Source of the DNA: Gemmatimonadota bacterium
GTDB lineage: Bacteria > Gemmatimonadota > Gemmatimonadetes > Gemmatimonadales > GWC2-71-9
Direction of reading: 5' to 3'
NCBI GenBank assembly: GCA_039586365.1
Contig: JBDHKN010000056.1
Location: forward strand, 1 to 36,379
DNA length: 36,379 bases
This document shows, piece after piece, positions 8,526 to 18,877 of this stretch. Under the pieces are notes generated by a model. That model had not been told where the DNA came from. It saw nothing but the letters and a program-made list of their open reading frames with translations, and searched no databases. Every line of letters begins with the position of its first letter. Position 1 is the first letter of the stretch. The position numbers and the translations under genes are program-made.

Positions 8526-9569
8526 ATGGCGCTTTTCGGCTTCGGGAGCAAGACGACGGTCGGCCTAGACATCGGCAGCGGGTTCCTCAAGCTGGTGGCA
8601 ATCGACCACAGCAAGGCGGAACCAGTGTTGAGCGGCGTGTCAGTAACGCCCGTCTTGGCTGACGCGATCGTCGAAGGTGAAATAATGGATCCGGGGATTG
8701 TGTCCGACACGATCCAAGGGTTATTCAAGACTGCTGGCCTGCGACAGAAGAGGGTAGTGGTCGCTGTGGGCGGGAGAGATGTCATAATCAAGAAGATCCA
8801 GGTCGATCGCATGAAGGAAAGCGAGGCCTTCGACGTCGTCAGATGGGAGGCCCAGCAGCACGTCCCGTTCGACATTGAGGCTGTCGAGCTTGACTTTCAG
8901 ATCTTGGACCCTGACGGAGAAGGGCTCCAGATGGACGTGCTACTAGTGGCCGCGAAGCGGGACCTGGTCGAAGACAAAGTTCAGCTGCTGGCCCAGGCTG
9001 GCCTGGAGCCTGAGATAGTCGACGTCGACGCGTTCGCTCTGCACAATGCGTTCGGGTTGAACCACCCAGAGGCTATGGAAGGCATCACGGCTCTACTGAA
9101 CATTGGACACGAACTCACCAACGTGAACGTGTTGGACGATGGGATCCCCCTACTTACGCGGGACCTGACGGTGGGGACGCGGAAGATGCGGGAGGATCTC
9201 CAGCGCGAGCGTGGCGTGTCAGCTGACGATGCCGATGGGATGCTGAAAGGCTTTGAGCGGTCCCCCGACCTCAGTCCCTACGTTCAGGCGCGGGGGGAAG
9301 AGATCGCTGTGGGCTTGGAGCGTGCGTCCGCATTCCTGCAGTCGGCAAGCCGGGAGGCGGGCACGATTCAACGAGTGTATTGTTGTGGAGGGGGCGCGCG
9401 AGTCCCCGGCCTCACCGGCGCTCTGTCTCAACGTCTCAGTATGCCGGTGGAGGTCGCTAACCCGATCCAGCGTCTCAACGTCCAGGATGGGGTGTTTGAT
9501 GCGGTCAACGTCGATGAGGTCGCGCCGTTACTGATGCTAGCGACCGGCCTCGCACTACGATCCGTCTGA
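8526..9569 (+). CDS. pilM: Type IV pilus assembly protein PilM (actin-like)
   Basis: VGLDIGS, WEAQQHVPFD, VLLVAAK, GGGARVPGL, GLALR motifs. Confidence 0.95.
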   Translation: MALFGFGSKTTVGLDIGSGFLKLVAIDHSKAEPVLSGVSVTPVLADAIVEGEIMDPGIVSDTIQGLFKTAGLRQKRVVVAVGGRDVIIKKIQVDRMKESEAFDVVRWEAQQHVPFDIEAVELDFQILDPDGEGLQMDVLLVAAKRDLVEDKVQLLAQAGLEPEIVDVDAFALHNAFGLNHPEAMEGITALLNIGHELTNVNVLDDGIPLLTRDLTVGTRKMREDLQRERGVSADDADGMLKGFERSPDLSPYVQARGEEIAVGLERASAFLQSASREAGTIQRVYCCGGGARVPGLTGALSQRLSMPVEVANPIQRLNVQDGVFDAVNVDEVAPLLMLATGLALRSV

Positions 9570-9581
9570 GGGCTAGGACCC

Positions 9582-10271
9582 ATGCAGTCGATGATCGAGA
9601 TCAATTTACTTCCTGGTAGGAAGAAGAAAGCAGCCGGTACGGGTTTCGCCTTGCCGGACTTTGGTGAACTTGCCGGGAAGGTACGCGATCCCGTTTTGGT
9701 TGCCGCCATCGGGGTTTGGGTCGTCGTGCTCGCGGTGGTCGGGTTCACCTACTTCACTGAACGGGCCAAAGTATCCGCCCTGAGGGGAGAAGTGGACGAG
9801 ATCACTACTGAGGCCCGGCGTTTCAATACGCTCATTAGGGACAAACAGCGTCAGGAGGCGCTGCGCGATTCTCTTCTGGTTGAATTGCAGGCCATCCGCG
9901 AGATTGACGCCGACCGATATGTATGGGCGCACGTGATGGACGAGGTCACCAAGGCCATGCCGGACTTCACCTGGCTAGTGAGTGTTGAGTTTATTCCTCC
10001 ACCAGCGCAGGACCTGCTTGAGGAGACCGAGGTCATAATAAAACCGCCCGTGAGATTCACGATCGACGGCCGGACGGCCGATATTGGGGCATATACTCGC
10101 TTCCTCAGGAATCTGGGGAATTCTCCTTGGTTGGGTGATGTGCAACCGGGGCCGACCGAGACAGTGATGGAGAGTGACAGGCCCGTCACGGCTTTCACCA
10201 TTACGGGAACGTTCCAGCAGGCCGATTCGGCCTTCATTCGCACCGCTCCGGTGCATGAGTCGGTGCGGTAG
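9582..10271 (+). CDS. pilN: Type IV pilus assembly protein PilN
   Basis: N-terminal IEINLLP PilM-binding motif, single TM, coiled coil. Confidence 0.9.
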   Translation: MQSMIEINLLPGRKKKAAGTGFALPDFGELAGKVRDPVLVAAIGVWVVVLAVVGFTYFTERAKVSALRGEVDEITTEARRFNTLIRDKQRQEALRDSLLVELQAIREIDADRYVWAHVMDEVTKAMPDFTWLVSVEFIPPPAQDLLEETEVIIKPPVRFTIDGRTADIGAYTRFLRNLGNSPWLGDVQPGPTETVMESDRPVTAFTITGTFQQADSAFIRTAPVHESVR

Positions 10272-10283
10272 GGGAGCGCTGGC

Positions 10284-10898
10284 ATGGCGATGACAGCAAA
10301 GGAACGGCAACAGGCTCTCATCCTCGCGGTTGTGATCGGAGTGGCAGCCGGCGCGGCGTTTTGGGTCTATTGGCGGGGGCCCAAAGTCGAAGAACAAAGG
10401 CGGCTGCAGGCCGAACTCGACTCTGTAACCGCAAGAGTTGTGGCCGCGCGGCAAGATCTGGCCAGTGGAACCGTTGAGAGCATACGCCAGCAAAACCGGG
10501 ATTATGAGGCAATGCTCGACTTGATGACTGAGCTTGTGCCGACCGGCAACGAGGTCACAACACTCATCGATGAGATCTCCGCACGGGCTAAGCGCAATGG
10601 AGTTGAGATCGCGGAGTTCAGCCCCCTTGCTGTGGAGAGGGGGGGAACCTTCGACATCCATCGTTATCGGTGGACCGTATTCGGCCACTACAATCAGGTT
10701 GGCGTGCTGATGTCTGATATCGCCGGGCTTTCACGGATTATGGTGCCGTACGACTTGGAACTGAACGTTGCCGAAGAGTCTGAGCAGGCTGCATTCGCGG
10801 ATGCAACTGGGTCACTCATTCGGGCACAGTTCTTTCTGCGCACTTTTGTGAAACCCCAGGCACCCGCGGGGGAAGGAGGTGACGCCGGTGATCGGTAA
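10284..10898 (+). CDS. pilO: Type IV pilus assembly protein PilO
   Basis: N-terminal TM, coiled coil, LVP...EV..LI..IS and G.Y motifs; position between pilN and pilP. Confidence 0.88.
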   Translation: MAMTAKERQQALILAVVIGVAAGAAFWVYWRGPKVEEQRRLQAELDSVTARVVAARQDLASGTVESIRQQNRDYEAMLDLMTELVPTGNEVTTLIDEISARAKRNGVEIAEFSPLAVERGGTFDIHRYRWTVFGHYNQVGVLMSDIAGLSRIMVPYDLELNVAEESEQAAFADATGSLIRAQFFLRTFVKPQAPAGEGGDAGDR

Positions 10899-11385
10899 GT
10901 GGTGTCTCTTTGCAATGGCAGGTGCCAGCTTTCTGACGGCTTGTAGCGGCGGAGAACCGGAACCAGCTGCAACAGCGCCGGGGCAGGAAACAGCGCCAGC
11001 GGCCGGCCTACAACAGACCCAGGTGGACTCTGAGGTAGTGGCGCAATCTAGAGGTGAGACGGAGTTGATGCGGGAGGTCTTCTCGTACCGTGGAGCCACC
11101 CGCGATCCGTTCGTATCGCTCATCGAGTCCGGTGATGTACGCCCGCTGGTGCAGGATCTGCGGATCACAAGCATCACTTATGATCCGCGGTATCCTGCAG
11201 CCAGCGTAGCGGTGCTCCGCGACACCATATTGAATCAGGCGTACGCGTTGCGAGTGGGAGATGAAGTGGGCCGAATCAGGGTGGCGGAAATCACTCCGGG
11301 CCAAGTTGTGATCATTGTTTCTGAATTTGGATCTGAACGCCAGGTAGTGTTGCGCCAGAGGCGCAGGCAGGAGGGAACACAATGA
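10888..11385 (+). CDS. pilP: PilP-like lipoprotein
   Basis: Lipobox FLTA/C, RDPF motif, LRVGD.VG; GTG at 10888 follows AAGGAGGTGA (alternative GTG at 10879). Confidence 0.75.
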   Translation: MIGKWCLFAMAGASFLTACSGGEPEPAATAPGQETAPAAGLQQTQVDSEVVAQSRGETELMREVFSYRGATRDPFVSLIESGDVRPLVQDLRITSITYDPRYPAASVAVLRDTILNQAYALRVGDEVGRIRVAEITPGQVVIIVSEFGSERQVVLRQRRRQEGTQ

Positions 11386-13188
11386 AGCGGTTAATGATAA
11401 TCGCAGCCTCGGGTTTGGCCTTGGCGGCGCCCGCAGCCATAGCCGACGCAGGCAAGCTGGCGGGGCCTGGCGACGTGACTGCGGTGAGCGTGCTACCGGG
11501 TGCTGGTCGCATACACATTGTGGTCGACGTGGAAGGAGGCGTGACGGTTCAGGACTTCGTGCTCGAGAATCCTGCACGCCTTGTTGTCGATCTGGTAGGG
11601 GCGAAGCTGAAGGCCCAGGGGGCGCTGTACGACGGGCAGAATCGTGGCGGTGTTGTTGACGTGCGGTACTCACAGCACAGGCCGGATGTAGTGCGGGTGG
11701 TGGTCGAGCTGGAGTCGCTCAGGAACTACCAGTTGGAGCAGATGGATGATGCGGTGCGGATATCCTTTGGGACCGACCGGTCGTTCCAGGCGTGGTCGAG
11801 TGCTGTCGCGGCGGCATGGTCAGCAGCAGAAGAGCCACAGCCAGCGCCGGGGCCAATGACGACCTTCACACGTGAGAGAGGCCTACCGACGCCGCAGTCT
11901 CAGCAACCACCAGTCACGGTCACCTACGACTCAGCGCATATCAGGGACGTGGCGAATGCGTTCGCCGAGTATAGCGGGAAGTCGATCGTCGTGGGGAGAG
12001 ACATCGATGCTGTAGTCAATGCCACCATCAAGAACCAGCCGTGGGATGTGGCATTCCGGACGATATTGGATGCTCACGGCTTGACGGGGACTGAAGACCC
12101 ACCGGGAGTTATTCGCGTGGACAGTCGTGAATCGCTCGCGGCGCGGGACTCGACAGAACCACTGGTCACCAAGGTAATCTCAGTCAACTACGCAAAGGCC
12201 GCTGCTTTGGCTGGAGTAATGGCAACTGTTGTCTCGGAACGCGGTAGCGTCGTCGCGGACACGTTCACCAACAGCTTGCTGGTCACTGATGTTCAAGGCA
12301 GAATCGACGACGACTCCATGCTGGTGTCGCAACTTGACGTCCGGACACCCCAGGTATCGATTCAGGCGAGGCTCATCTTCGTGGACCGGACAAACATCGA
12401 GGAACTGGGGTTGCAGTACGATCTCGGTACTGCCAATCAGTTCTTCAACAGTCTGGTGTCGCGACCCGATCCCTCAACCCTAAAAGGGGAAGACACTGAT
12501 GGAGATGGAATTCCTGATGTCTTCTCCACGGAGCCGTACGACCCAGAAGTAACGATCGTCGACCTGGGTGGTAGCGCTCTGTCCGGTGTAGCCAATGCTG
12601 ACGCCATCGTGATCTCGCCGGCGCTCGATCTGATCTTCTCGACAGCGATTGGGAATTTCGATATCACGACGTTTGTCAGCGCCCTGCAACGAGTAGAATT
12701 GGCCGATCTACAGGCAGAACCGCTCACCACTACGGCTGACAACACTGAGGCGTACATCCTCGTCGGAGAGCGGACGCCAGTCAGGGTGATTGATGTCAGT
12801 GCTACCGGGGGGGGGGGCGACTGTACCCCGGGCAACCACCGAGATGGTGCCTACTGGGCTCCAACTCAAGGTGACGCCGCACGTGACGGCCAACCGGCAG
12901 ATTCTGATGGATGTCCGCGTCGAGAATTCATCGCTTCAGGTTGCTCCGGCTGATCTTGGCTTCACATTCCAGACACAGGAAGTCGAGTCGCAGATTCTGG
13001 CAAATGACGGTGAGACGGCGGTGATCGGAGGGTTGACCGTGAGCCAAGTGACGGTCACGAAGAGCGGGATCCCACTCCTGGTAGACCTTCCGATAATTGG
13101 TGGGTTGTTCGGTTTCAGCCAGACGCGTGAGCAGCGCCGCGACCTGCTGATAATGGTCACACCACATATATTGGACGCAACACAGTAG
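11382..13188 (+). CDS. pilQ: Type IV pilus secretin PilQ (AMIN, N domains, secretin), frameshifted at a G11 tract as assembled
   Basis: Signal peptide, AMIN (NPARLVVD), N0/N1 and PQVSIQAR in frame 11382; secretin signature (GLQLKVTP, DGETAVIGGL, GIPLLVDLPIIGGLF, LLIMVTPHI) in frame 12790..13188; G10 would give a 601-aa protein. Confidence 0.9.
12807..12817 (+). repeat. Poly-G homopolymer (G11) at the pilQ frameshift
   Basis: gctacc-GGGGGGGGGGG-cgactgta. Confidence 0.9.
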
Positions 13189-13211
13189 AACGACTGCGAG
13201 ATGGTCGCCCC

Positions 13212-13244
13212 GAGCCCGGTGAACACCGGGCTCTTCTCTTTTCT
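13212..13244 (+). terminator. Rho-independent terminator after pilQ
   Basis: GAGCCCGGTG-AA-CACCGGGCTC perfect inverted repeat followed by TTCTCTTTTCT. Confidence 0.8.
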
Positions 13245-13331
13245 AGCCAAATATGTCATCCTCCCCACATGAGGACCCATGCAGCCTAGGAGCCAGACTA
13301 TTGCCCTGAAACACATGGAGCGGATCACCAC

Positions 13332-14516
13332 ATGATTCGGTTCACGACTGCGGGTGAATCACATGGGAAGACTCTCGTAGCGGTTCTGGAAGGAATCCCC
13401 GCTGGACTGTCGGTGATCGCTGAAGACATCAACCGGCAACTGCGCAGGAGGATGGTGGGTTACGGCAGGGGCACGCGGATGAAGCTCGAGGCGGATGAAG
13501 TGGAGATCCTCTCCGGAGTGCGAGCTGGGGAGACCCTCGGTTCGCCCATTGCGCTCCTGATCTGGAATCGCGATTGGGTGAACTGGGAAGACGTCATGAG
13601 TGTAGAGCCAGATCCCCCAGATCACCAGGAGCGTCGCCGGCAGCTCCGCCGACCGCGTCCTGGTCACGCTGATTTGGCTGGAGTGCTTAAGTACGATCGG
13701 CGTGATGCCCGAGACATCCTTGAGCGAGCCAGCGCTCGAGAGACGGCTGCGCGCGTGGCGTGCGGGGCAGTGTGCCGCAAGCTCGTCGCAGAGTTCGACG
13801 TGGAGATTGGCAGCCATGTGGTGGAACTCGGCTCCGTGAGAGCACACGTGCCGGAACCGCTTCCTATGCCGCTCAATGAACTGGCAGACGCATCCCCTGT
13901 GCGCTGCCTTGACCCGGCGGCCTCCGACAGGATGGTAAAAGAGATCGATGCAGCCGATCAAGCCAGGGACACGTTGGGGGGGGTAGCTGAGATCGTTGTC
14001 CGAGGCCTTGTCGTCGGACTGGGGTCACACGTCTCATGGGATAGGAAATTGGATGGTCAAATCGCGCGAGCGATCATGTCCGTCCCAGGCGTGAAGGGAG
14101 TGGAGATTGGGCTCGGGTTCGCCGCAGCAGGTAGGCGAGGCTCGCAAGTGCATGACGGGATCGTGGGTGGGGGTGGGGACAAGAGCGGTCGGTTTGGACG
14201 CACGAGCAACCGGGCTGGGGGGCTTGAAGGTGGGATCACGACGGGTGAACCGCTTGTGATCCGGGCTGCCATGAAGCCCATTGCAACCCTTCGGAAGCCA
14301 TTACCTTCAATCGACCTTGCGACCGGCGAACCCGCCAAGGCACAGGTAGAGCGCTCAGACGTGACCGCCGTTCCCGCTCTGGGAGTCGTCGCTGAAGCCA
14401 TGGCGGCACTCGTGGTGACTAGGGCGATGAGCGAGAAGTTTGGGGGAGATTCACTGCCAGAGATGCGTGACAACTTCGCCAGCTACTTGCGGCGGCTCGA
14501 GCAACGCCTTACCTGA
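13332..14516 (+). CDS. aroC: Chorismate synthase
   Basis: TAGESHG, RPGHAD, ERASARETAARVA, NRAGGLEGG, MKPI, ERSD motifs. Confidence 0.97.
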   Translation: MIRFTTAGESHGKTLVAVLEGIPAGLSVIAEDINRQLRRRMVGYGRGTRMKLEADEVEILSGVRAGETLGSPIALLIWNRDWVNWEDVMSVEPDPPDHQERRRQLRRPRPGHADLAGVLKYDRRDARDILERASARETAARVACGAVCRKLVAEFDVEIGSHVVELGSVRAHVPEPLPMPLNELADASPVRCLDPAASDRMVKEIDAADQARDTLGGVAEIVVRGLVVGLGSHVSWDRKLDGQIARAIMSVPGVKGVEIGLGFAAAGRRGSQVHDGIVGGGGDKSGRFGRTSNRAGGLEGGITTGEPLVIRAAMKPIATLRKPLPSIDLATGEPAKAQVERSDVTAVPALGVVAEAMAALVVTRAMSEKFGGDSLPEMRDNFASYLRRLEQRLT

Positions 14517-15052
14517 TGGCAGCAAAGCGGCGCTTGAGCCGACACCTTCTCTTGGTTGGGCTACCAGCGGCCGGTAAGAGTACTGTTGGGCGACTTGTTG
14601 CGACAGCTCTCGGCGTTCAAGTGCGTGACATCGATGCCCTCATTGAGAGCTGCTTAGGGATGGGCATTCACCAGATCTTCGCAACGCAGGGCGAAGCTGC
14701 TTTCCGGTCGCTTGAACGTGCCGAAACCATGCGAGCCCTCACAGGCGACCCAATAGTCGTCGTTCCTGGTGGTGGCTGGGCAGCCCAACCGGGTAACCTC
14801 TGCCAAGTGAAGGGGCGAGCGTTAACCGTCTACCTTCATACGTCTCCTGAACAGGCGGCGGCACGAGTGCTGACACAAAGTGAGCGTCCACTTCTCAGCG
14901 GCGCTGATGCGGTGGCCAAGATCAGGGAGCTGCTAACGGAACGTGCGGCGTTCTATGAGCAATGTGACACCAGGGTCGATACCGATGGGAAAACGGCCGA
15001 GGCGGTAGCAAGCGAGGTGGTGGAGGTTGCGTTGAAGGGTGGAGGGGGGTAA
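14516..15052 (+). CDS. aroK: Shikimate kinase
   Basis: Walker A GLPAAGKSTVG, GEAAFRSLE, GGG, RPLL; overlaps the aroC stop codon. Confidence 0.92.
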   Translation: MAAKRRLSRHLLLVGLPAAGKSTVGRLVATALGVQVRDIDALIESCLGMGIHQIFATQGEAAFRSLERAETMRALTGDPIVVVPGGGWAAQPGNLCQVKGRALTVYLHTSPEQAAARVLTQSERPLLSGADAVAKIRELLTERAAFYEQCDTRVDTDGKTAEAVASEVVEVALKGGGG

Positions 15053-15263
15053 TAATGCCCCCGCAGGTCTGGCGCGCACCGCCTATGCGGTAAGTGGGGA
15101 TATGTGCTGTGCAGCTGTTATAGAGGCCTAGGAGGAGGTTGTAGTCCCCCTAGGCCTTGCGGACCTTGGGAAGGGCGCTGTTGAGCCACGCGTGACCGGT
15201 TTGCGAGTGCCTTGATCGTCTAGCCTTAAATGGTGTGTCGTGGTGTGCAACTGAGCGAGTGAG

Positions 15264-17567
15264 ATGCAGAAGAAGAAGAAGAAGAAACAGACGCAGCGAC
15301 GGGTGCCGAAAAGTGAGCAGTCCTTGGTGATCGTCGAGTCGCCGGCCAAAGCGAGAACGATAGGCAAGTACCTGGGAACCGGCTACGCTGTCAAAGCGAC
15401 CGTCGGTCATGTGCGCGATCTGCCACAACGTGAACTAGGTGTGGACGTGGATAAGGGGTTCCGGCCCACGTACGTGACTATCCAGGGCAAGGGAAAGACC
15501 CTGGCGGATCTCAAACGGTCGGCTGAAAACTCCTCATCCGTGTACCTGGCCACGGACCCAGATCGCGAAGGTGAGGCCATTGCCTGGCATGTGGCTCAGC
15601 AGATCGACAATGGATCGAGAGTGTTTCGGGTGATGTTCCACGAGATTACCAGGGACGCCATAGAGCATGCGATGGACAAGCCGCTCAAGATCGACGAGCG
15701 AAAAGTGGAGGCGCAACAGGCTCGACGGATACTCGACCGTTTGGTTGGCTATAAGGCAAGTCCGTTGCTCTGGCGATCTGTCAAGGCTGGTCTTTCTGCC
15801 GGTCGGGTCCAAACCGTGGCACTTCGGCTCATAGCGGAGCGTGAGGCAGAGATTCGGGCTTTCAAGCCAAAAGAGTACTGGTCGATAGAGGCGGAACTTG
15901 AGGCCGAGGAGCGGCAGTTCACAGCCAAGCTGCACAAGATTGATGGCCGGAAGCCCGACTTGCGCACGGCTGAAGCCGCCAATTCCGTCGTTAAGGACGT
16001 AACGGGGCAACCTTTCATAGTCTCTGGCGTCCAGCGCAAGCAACGACGCAAACACGCTGCACCACCCTTCATCACCAGCACGCTGCAACAGGAGGCGGCG
16101 AAACGACTTGGCTTCTCAGCCAAACGCTCCATGGCATGTGCGCAGCAGCTCTACGAGGGTATCGAGTTGGGTAAGGAAGGTGCTGTGGGTCTCATCACCT
16201 ACATGCGAACCGACTCTACCCGAGTGGCATCCAGTGCAATCGAACAGGTGCGATCGTTCATTGGTGAAAAGTTCGGCGAGCCGTATTTGCCGGCCAAGCC
16301 GAACGTGTATAGGACCAAGAAGTCCACTCATGCACAGGACGCGCACGAAGCGATCCGCCCAACGGACGTGGCTCTGACACCCGAACTGGTGAGAAAACAC
16401 CTCACCGCCGACCAGAAGAAACTGTACCAGCTAATCTGGCAACGCTTCGTTGCCTCTCAGATGACACCAGCGGTGTACGATACTACCACGCTGGACTTCG
16501 ATATCGCCAAATACTTGTTCCGCGCTACCGGGTCGGTAGTGGTGTTCGACGGCTTCCATGTGCTCTACTCCGAGGCGAAGGAGGTCGAGGAGGTGAAGAC
16601 GTTTGACGATCTCGCACCTGTGCCTGCACTAAACAAAGGCGACCGAGCCGAGGTCTGCGAACTTACAGCACTACAGCATTTCACTGAGCCTCCTCCACGG
16701 TACAGCGAGGCCAGCCTGGTTAAGGAGCTGGAGGCCCTCGGCATAGGGCGGCCAAGTACCTACTCGAGCATCGTCTCCACGCTGAGAGAGCGGAGCTACG
16801 TGCGGATGGAAAGCAAGCGATTTCAACCCACAGAACTCGGTGAAACCGTTGCCAAAGTACTTGTGAACCGGTTCCCAAACATCTTCAACGTCGAATTCAC
16901 ATCTGAGATGGAGAATGAGCTGGACAAGGTTGAAGATGGCGAGCTTGCCTGGAGCACTGTCCTAGAAAACTTCTACCAGCCGTTCGCAAAGGCGCTCGAG
17001 GAAGTCGATACTGCCGCCATGATTCGCGAGGCCTTCGACGTCAAGGAAATTGAGCAACAGCCGTGCCCCGAGTGCGGCGGTACTGTGACGGTCAAGAGTG
17101 GGAGGTTCGGCCCGTTCATCGCGTGTGGCAATTACCCGAAATGCCGCTACACCCGGCCACTCAAGAGGGACAAAGTCCCGGATCAGCCATCCAATGAGGT
17201 GTGTCGCGAGTGCGGTGCTCCTATGGTCATTAAGACTGGTCGGTACGGTGAGTTCCTGGCGTGTACAAAGTACCCCAAGTGCAAGCACACTAGACCCATC
17301 CCGCTCGGGGTCAAATGTCCCAAGTGTGGAACCGGTGATCTCTCCGAGCGACGCACGCGACGCGGCAGATCCTTCTTCGGGTGTGCCAACTATCCCAAGT
17401 GCGACTTCTCCAGCTGGTATCGCCCCAGCCCCGAGCAGTGTCCGGTTTGCAGCTACGTCGGCGCCGAGATGCGGTCCACGAAGGCTAGGGGGGAATACAG
17501 GCGTTGCGTCAAATGCGGGCACGAGTTCGGGGCAGGCGAGGAGGCTGACAAAGCAGTCACGAAATGA
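15264..17567 (+). CDS. topA: DNA topoisomerase I (type IA) with C-terminal zinc ribbons
   Basis: IVESPAKA, ATDPDREGE, SAGRVQT, ITYMRTDS (catalytic Tyr), AHEAIRP, GIGRPSTY; three CxxC...C..YPKC ribbons plus a fourth CxxC pair. Confidence 0.97.
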   Translation: MQKKKKKKQTQRRVPKSEQSLVIVESPAKARTIGKYLGTGYAVKATVGHVRDLPQRELGVDVDKGFRPTYVTIQGKGKTLADLKRSAENSSSVYLATDPDREGEAIAWHVAQQIDNGSRVFRVMFHEITRDAIEHAMDKPLKIDERKVEAQQARRILDRLVGYKASPLLWRSVKAGLSAGRVQTVALRLIAEREAEIRAFKPKEYWSIEAELEAEERQFTAKLHKIDGRKPDLRTAEAANSVVKDVTGQPFIVSGVQRKQRRKHAAPPFITSTLQQEAAKRLGFSAKRSMACAQQLYEGIELGKEGAVGLITYMRTDSTRVASSAIEQVRSFIGEKFGEPYLPAKPNVYRTKKSTHAQDAHEAIRPTDVALTPELVRKHLTADQKKLYQLIWQRFVASQMTPAVYDTTTLDFDIAKYLFRATGSVVVFDGFHVLYSEAKEVEEVKTFDDLAPVPALNKGDRAEVCELTALQHFTEPPPRYSEASLVKELEALGIGRPSTYSSIVSTLRERSYVRMESKRFQPTELGETVAKVLVNRFPNIFNVEFTSEMENELDKVEDGELAWSTVLENFYQPFAKALEEVDTAAMIREAFDVKEIEQQPCPECGGTVTVKSGRFGPFIACGNYPKCRYTRPLKRDKVPDQPSNEVCRECGAPMVIKTGRYGEFLACTKYPKCKHTRPIPLGVKCPKCGTGDLSERRTRRGRSFFGCANYPKCDFSSWYRPSPEQCPVCSYVGAEMRSTKARGEYRRCVKCGHEFGAGEEADKAVTK

Positions 17568-18877
17568 GGGCCACGGTCATAGGAGGTGGCCTCGCTGGGT
17601 GCGAGGCTGCGTGGGCCCTAGCCCAACGAGGGGTCGCAGTGACTCTGATCGAGATGCGACCCATCGTGGGCACGCCTGCACACCAGACGGATCAACTTGC
17701 AGAGATAGTCTGCAGCAACAGCTTCAAATCGACTGAGATCTATAATGCGCACGGTCTGCTGAAGGCCGAGCTCCGCCTGCTGGGCAGTCTGTTGTTGGAT
17801 GTGGCGGACACCGCACGGGTGCCGGGCGGCGCTGCCCTGGCGGTGGATCGGGAGGAATTCAGTGCTGCAGTGACAGCCAAGATCTCAGGCCATCCAAGGA
17901 TCGGTGTACAGCGTCGGGAAGCTCTCGATTTGTCTCCACCTGCTGTTGTTGCCACTGGTCCACTCACCTCGGACCGTCTGGCGCGGATCATCAGCGGACA
18001 GCTGGGGACCAAGTCACTTGCCTTCTTCGACGCCATCGCTCCCATCGTGAGCAGCGAATCACTTGACTGGTCCGAGTTGTATCGGTTGTCGCGCTACGGG
18101 AAGGGAGGGGGGACGGACTATGTCAATGCACCGTTCAATGAAGACCAGTACCGCTCCTTCGTGGCCGCTCTTTGCGAGGCCGATCAACACGCTGGTCACG
18201 AGTTCGACAGGGTGCCATACTTTGAGGGCTGTCTACCGATCGAGGAGCTGGCGAGGAGGGGGCCAGAGACCCTCCGCTTTGGCCCCATGAAGCCGGTTGG
18301 CCTGCCAGATCCGCGCACCAGTCAGGAGCCCTTCGCAGTCGTCCAACTGCGACAAGACGATACGGCTGGCCAGTTGTGGAACTTGGTTGGATTTCAGACA
18401 CGGCTGAAAATCGCCGAACAGAAGAGGATCTTCCGCCTGGTGCCAGGACTGCAATCGGCGGAGTTCTTACGTTTTGGGAGCATCCATCGCAATACTTACT
18501 TGAAGTCTCCAGCAGCGCTGACGCCACACCTCTCAGCACGGCACGATGAGTCACTACTGTTCGCAGGTCAGATGGTCGGAGTTGAGGGCTACACGGAATC
18601 TTTGGGCACTGGATTGCTAGCTGGAATCAATTTGGCGCGTCTGCTCCATGGAGATCGGCCGGTGGTCCCACCTCCCGAGACTATGCTGGGTGGCTTGGTG
18701 CACTACGTTCACAAGGCGGATCCTGAGCACTTTCAGCCAATGAACGCCAACCTGGGATTGCTTGCACCACTGGAAGATCCCGTGAGGAGCAAGCAGGAGA
18801 AACGTGAACTCCTAGCAGCGCGAGCCTTGACGACCATGCGGGATCTGGCCTTGTCTCTGGCCCCCCAGCCGGCGTGA
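17564..18877 (+). CDS. trmFO: Folate/FAD-dependent tRNA (uracil-54) methyltransferase TrmFO (Gid)
   Basis: VIGGGLAGCEAA, EIVCSNS, YFEGCLPIE, FGPMKPVGL, VGFQT, GVEGY, FQPMNAN. Confidence 0.95.
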   Translation: MRATVIGGGLAGCEAAWALAQRGVAVTLIEMRPIVGTPAHQTDQLAEIVCSNSFKSTEIYNAHGLLKAELRLLGSLLLDVADTARVPGGAALAVDREEFSAAVTAKISGHPRIGVQRREALDLSPPAVVATGPLTSDRLARIISGQLGTKSLAFFDAIAPIVSSESLDWSELYRLSRYGKGGGTDYVNAPFNEDQYRSFVAALCEADQHAGHEFDRVPYFEGCLPIEELARRGPETLRFGPMKPVGLPDPRTSQEPFAVVQLRQDDTAGQLWNLVGFQTRLKIAEQKRIFRLVPGLQSAEFLRFGSIHRNTYLKSPAALTPHLSARHDESLLFAGQMVGVEGYTESLGTGLLAGINLARLLHGDRPVVPPPETMLGGLVHYVHKADPEHFQPMNANLGLLAPLEDPVRSKQEKRELLAARALTTMRDLALSLAPQPA

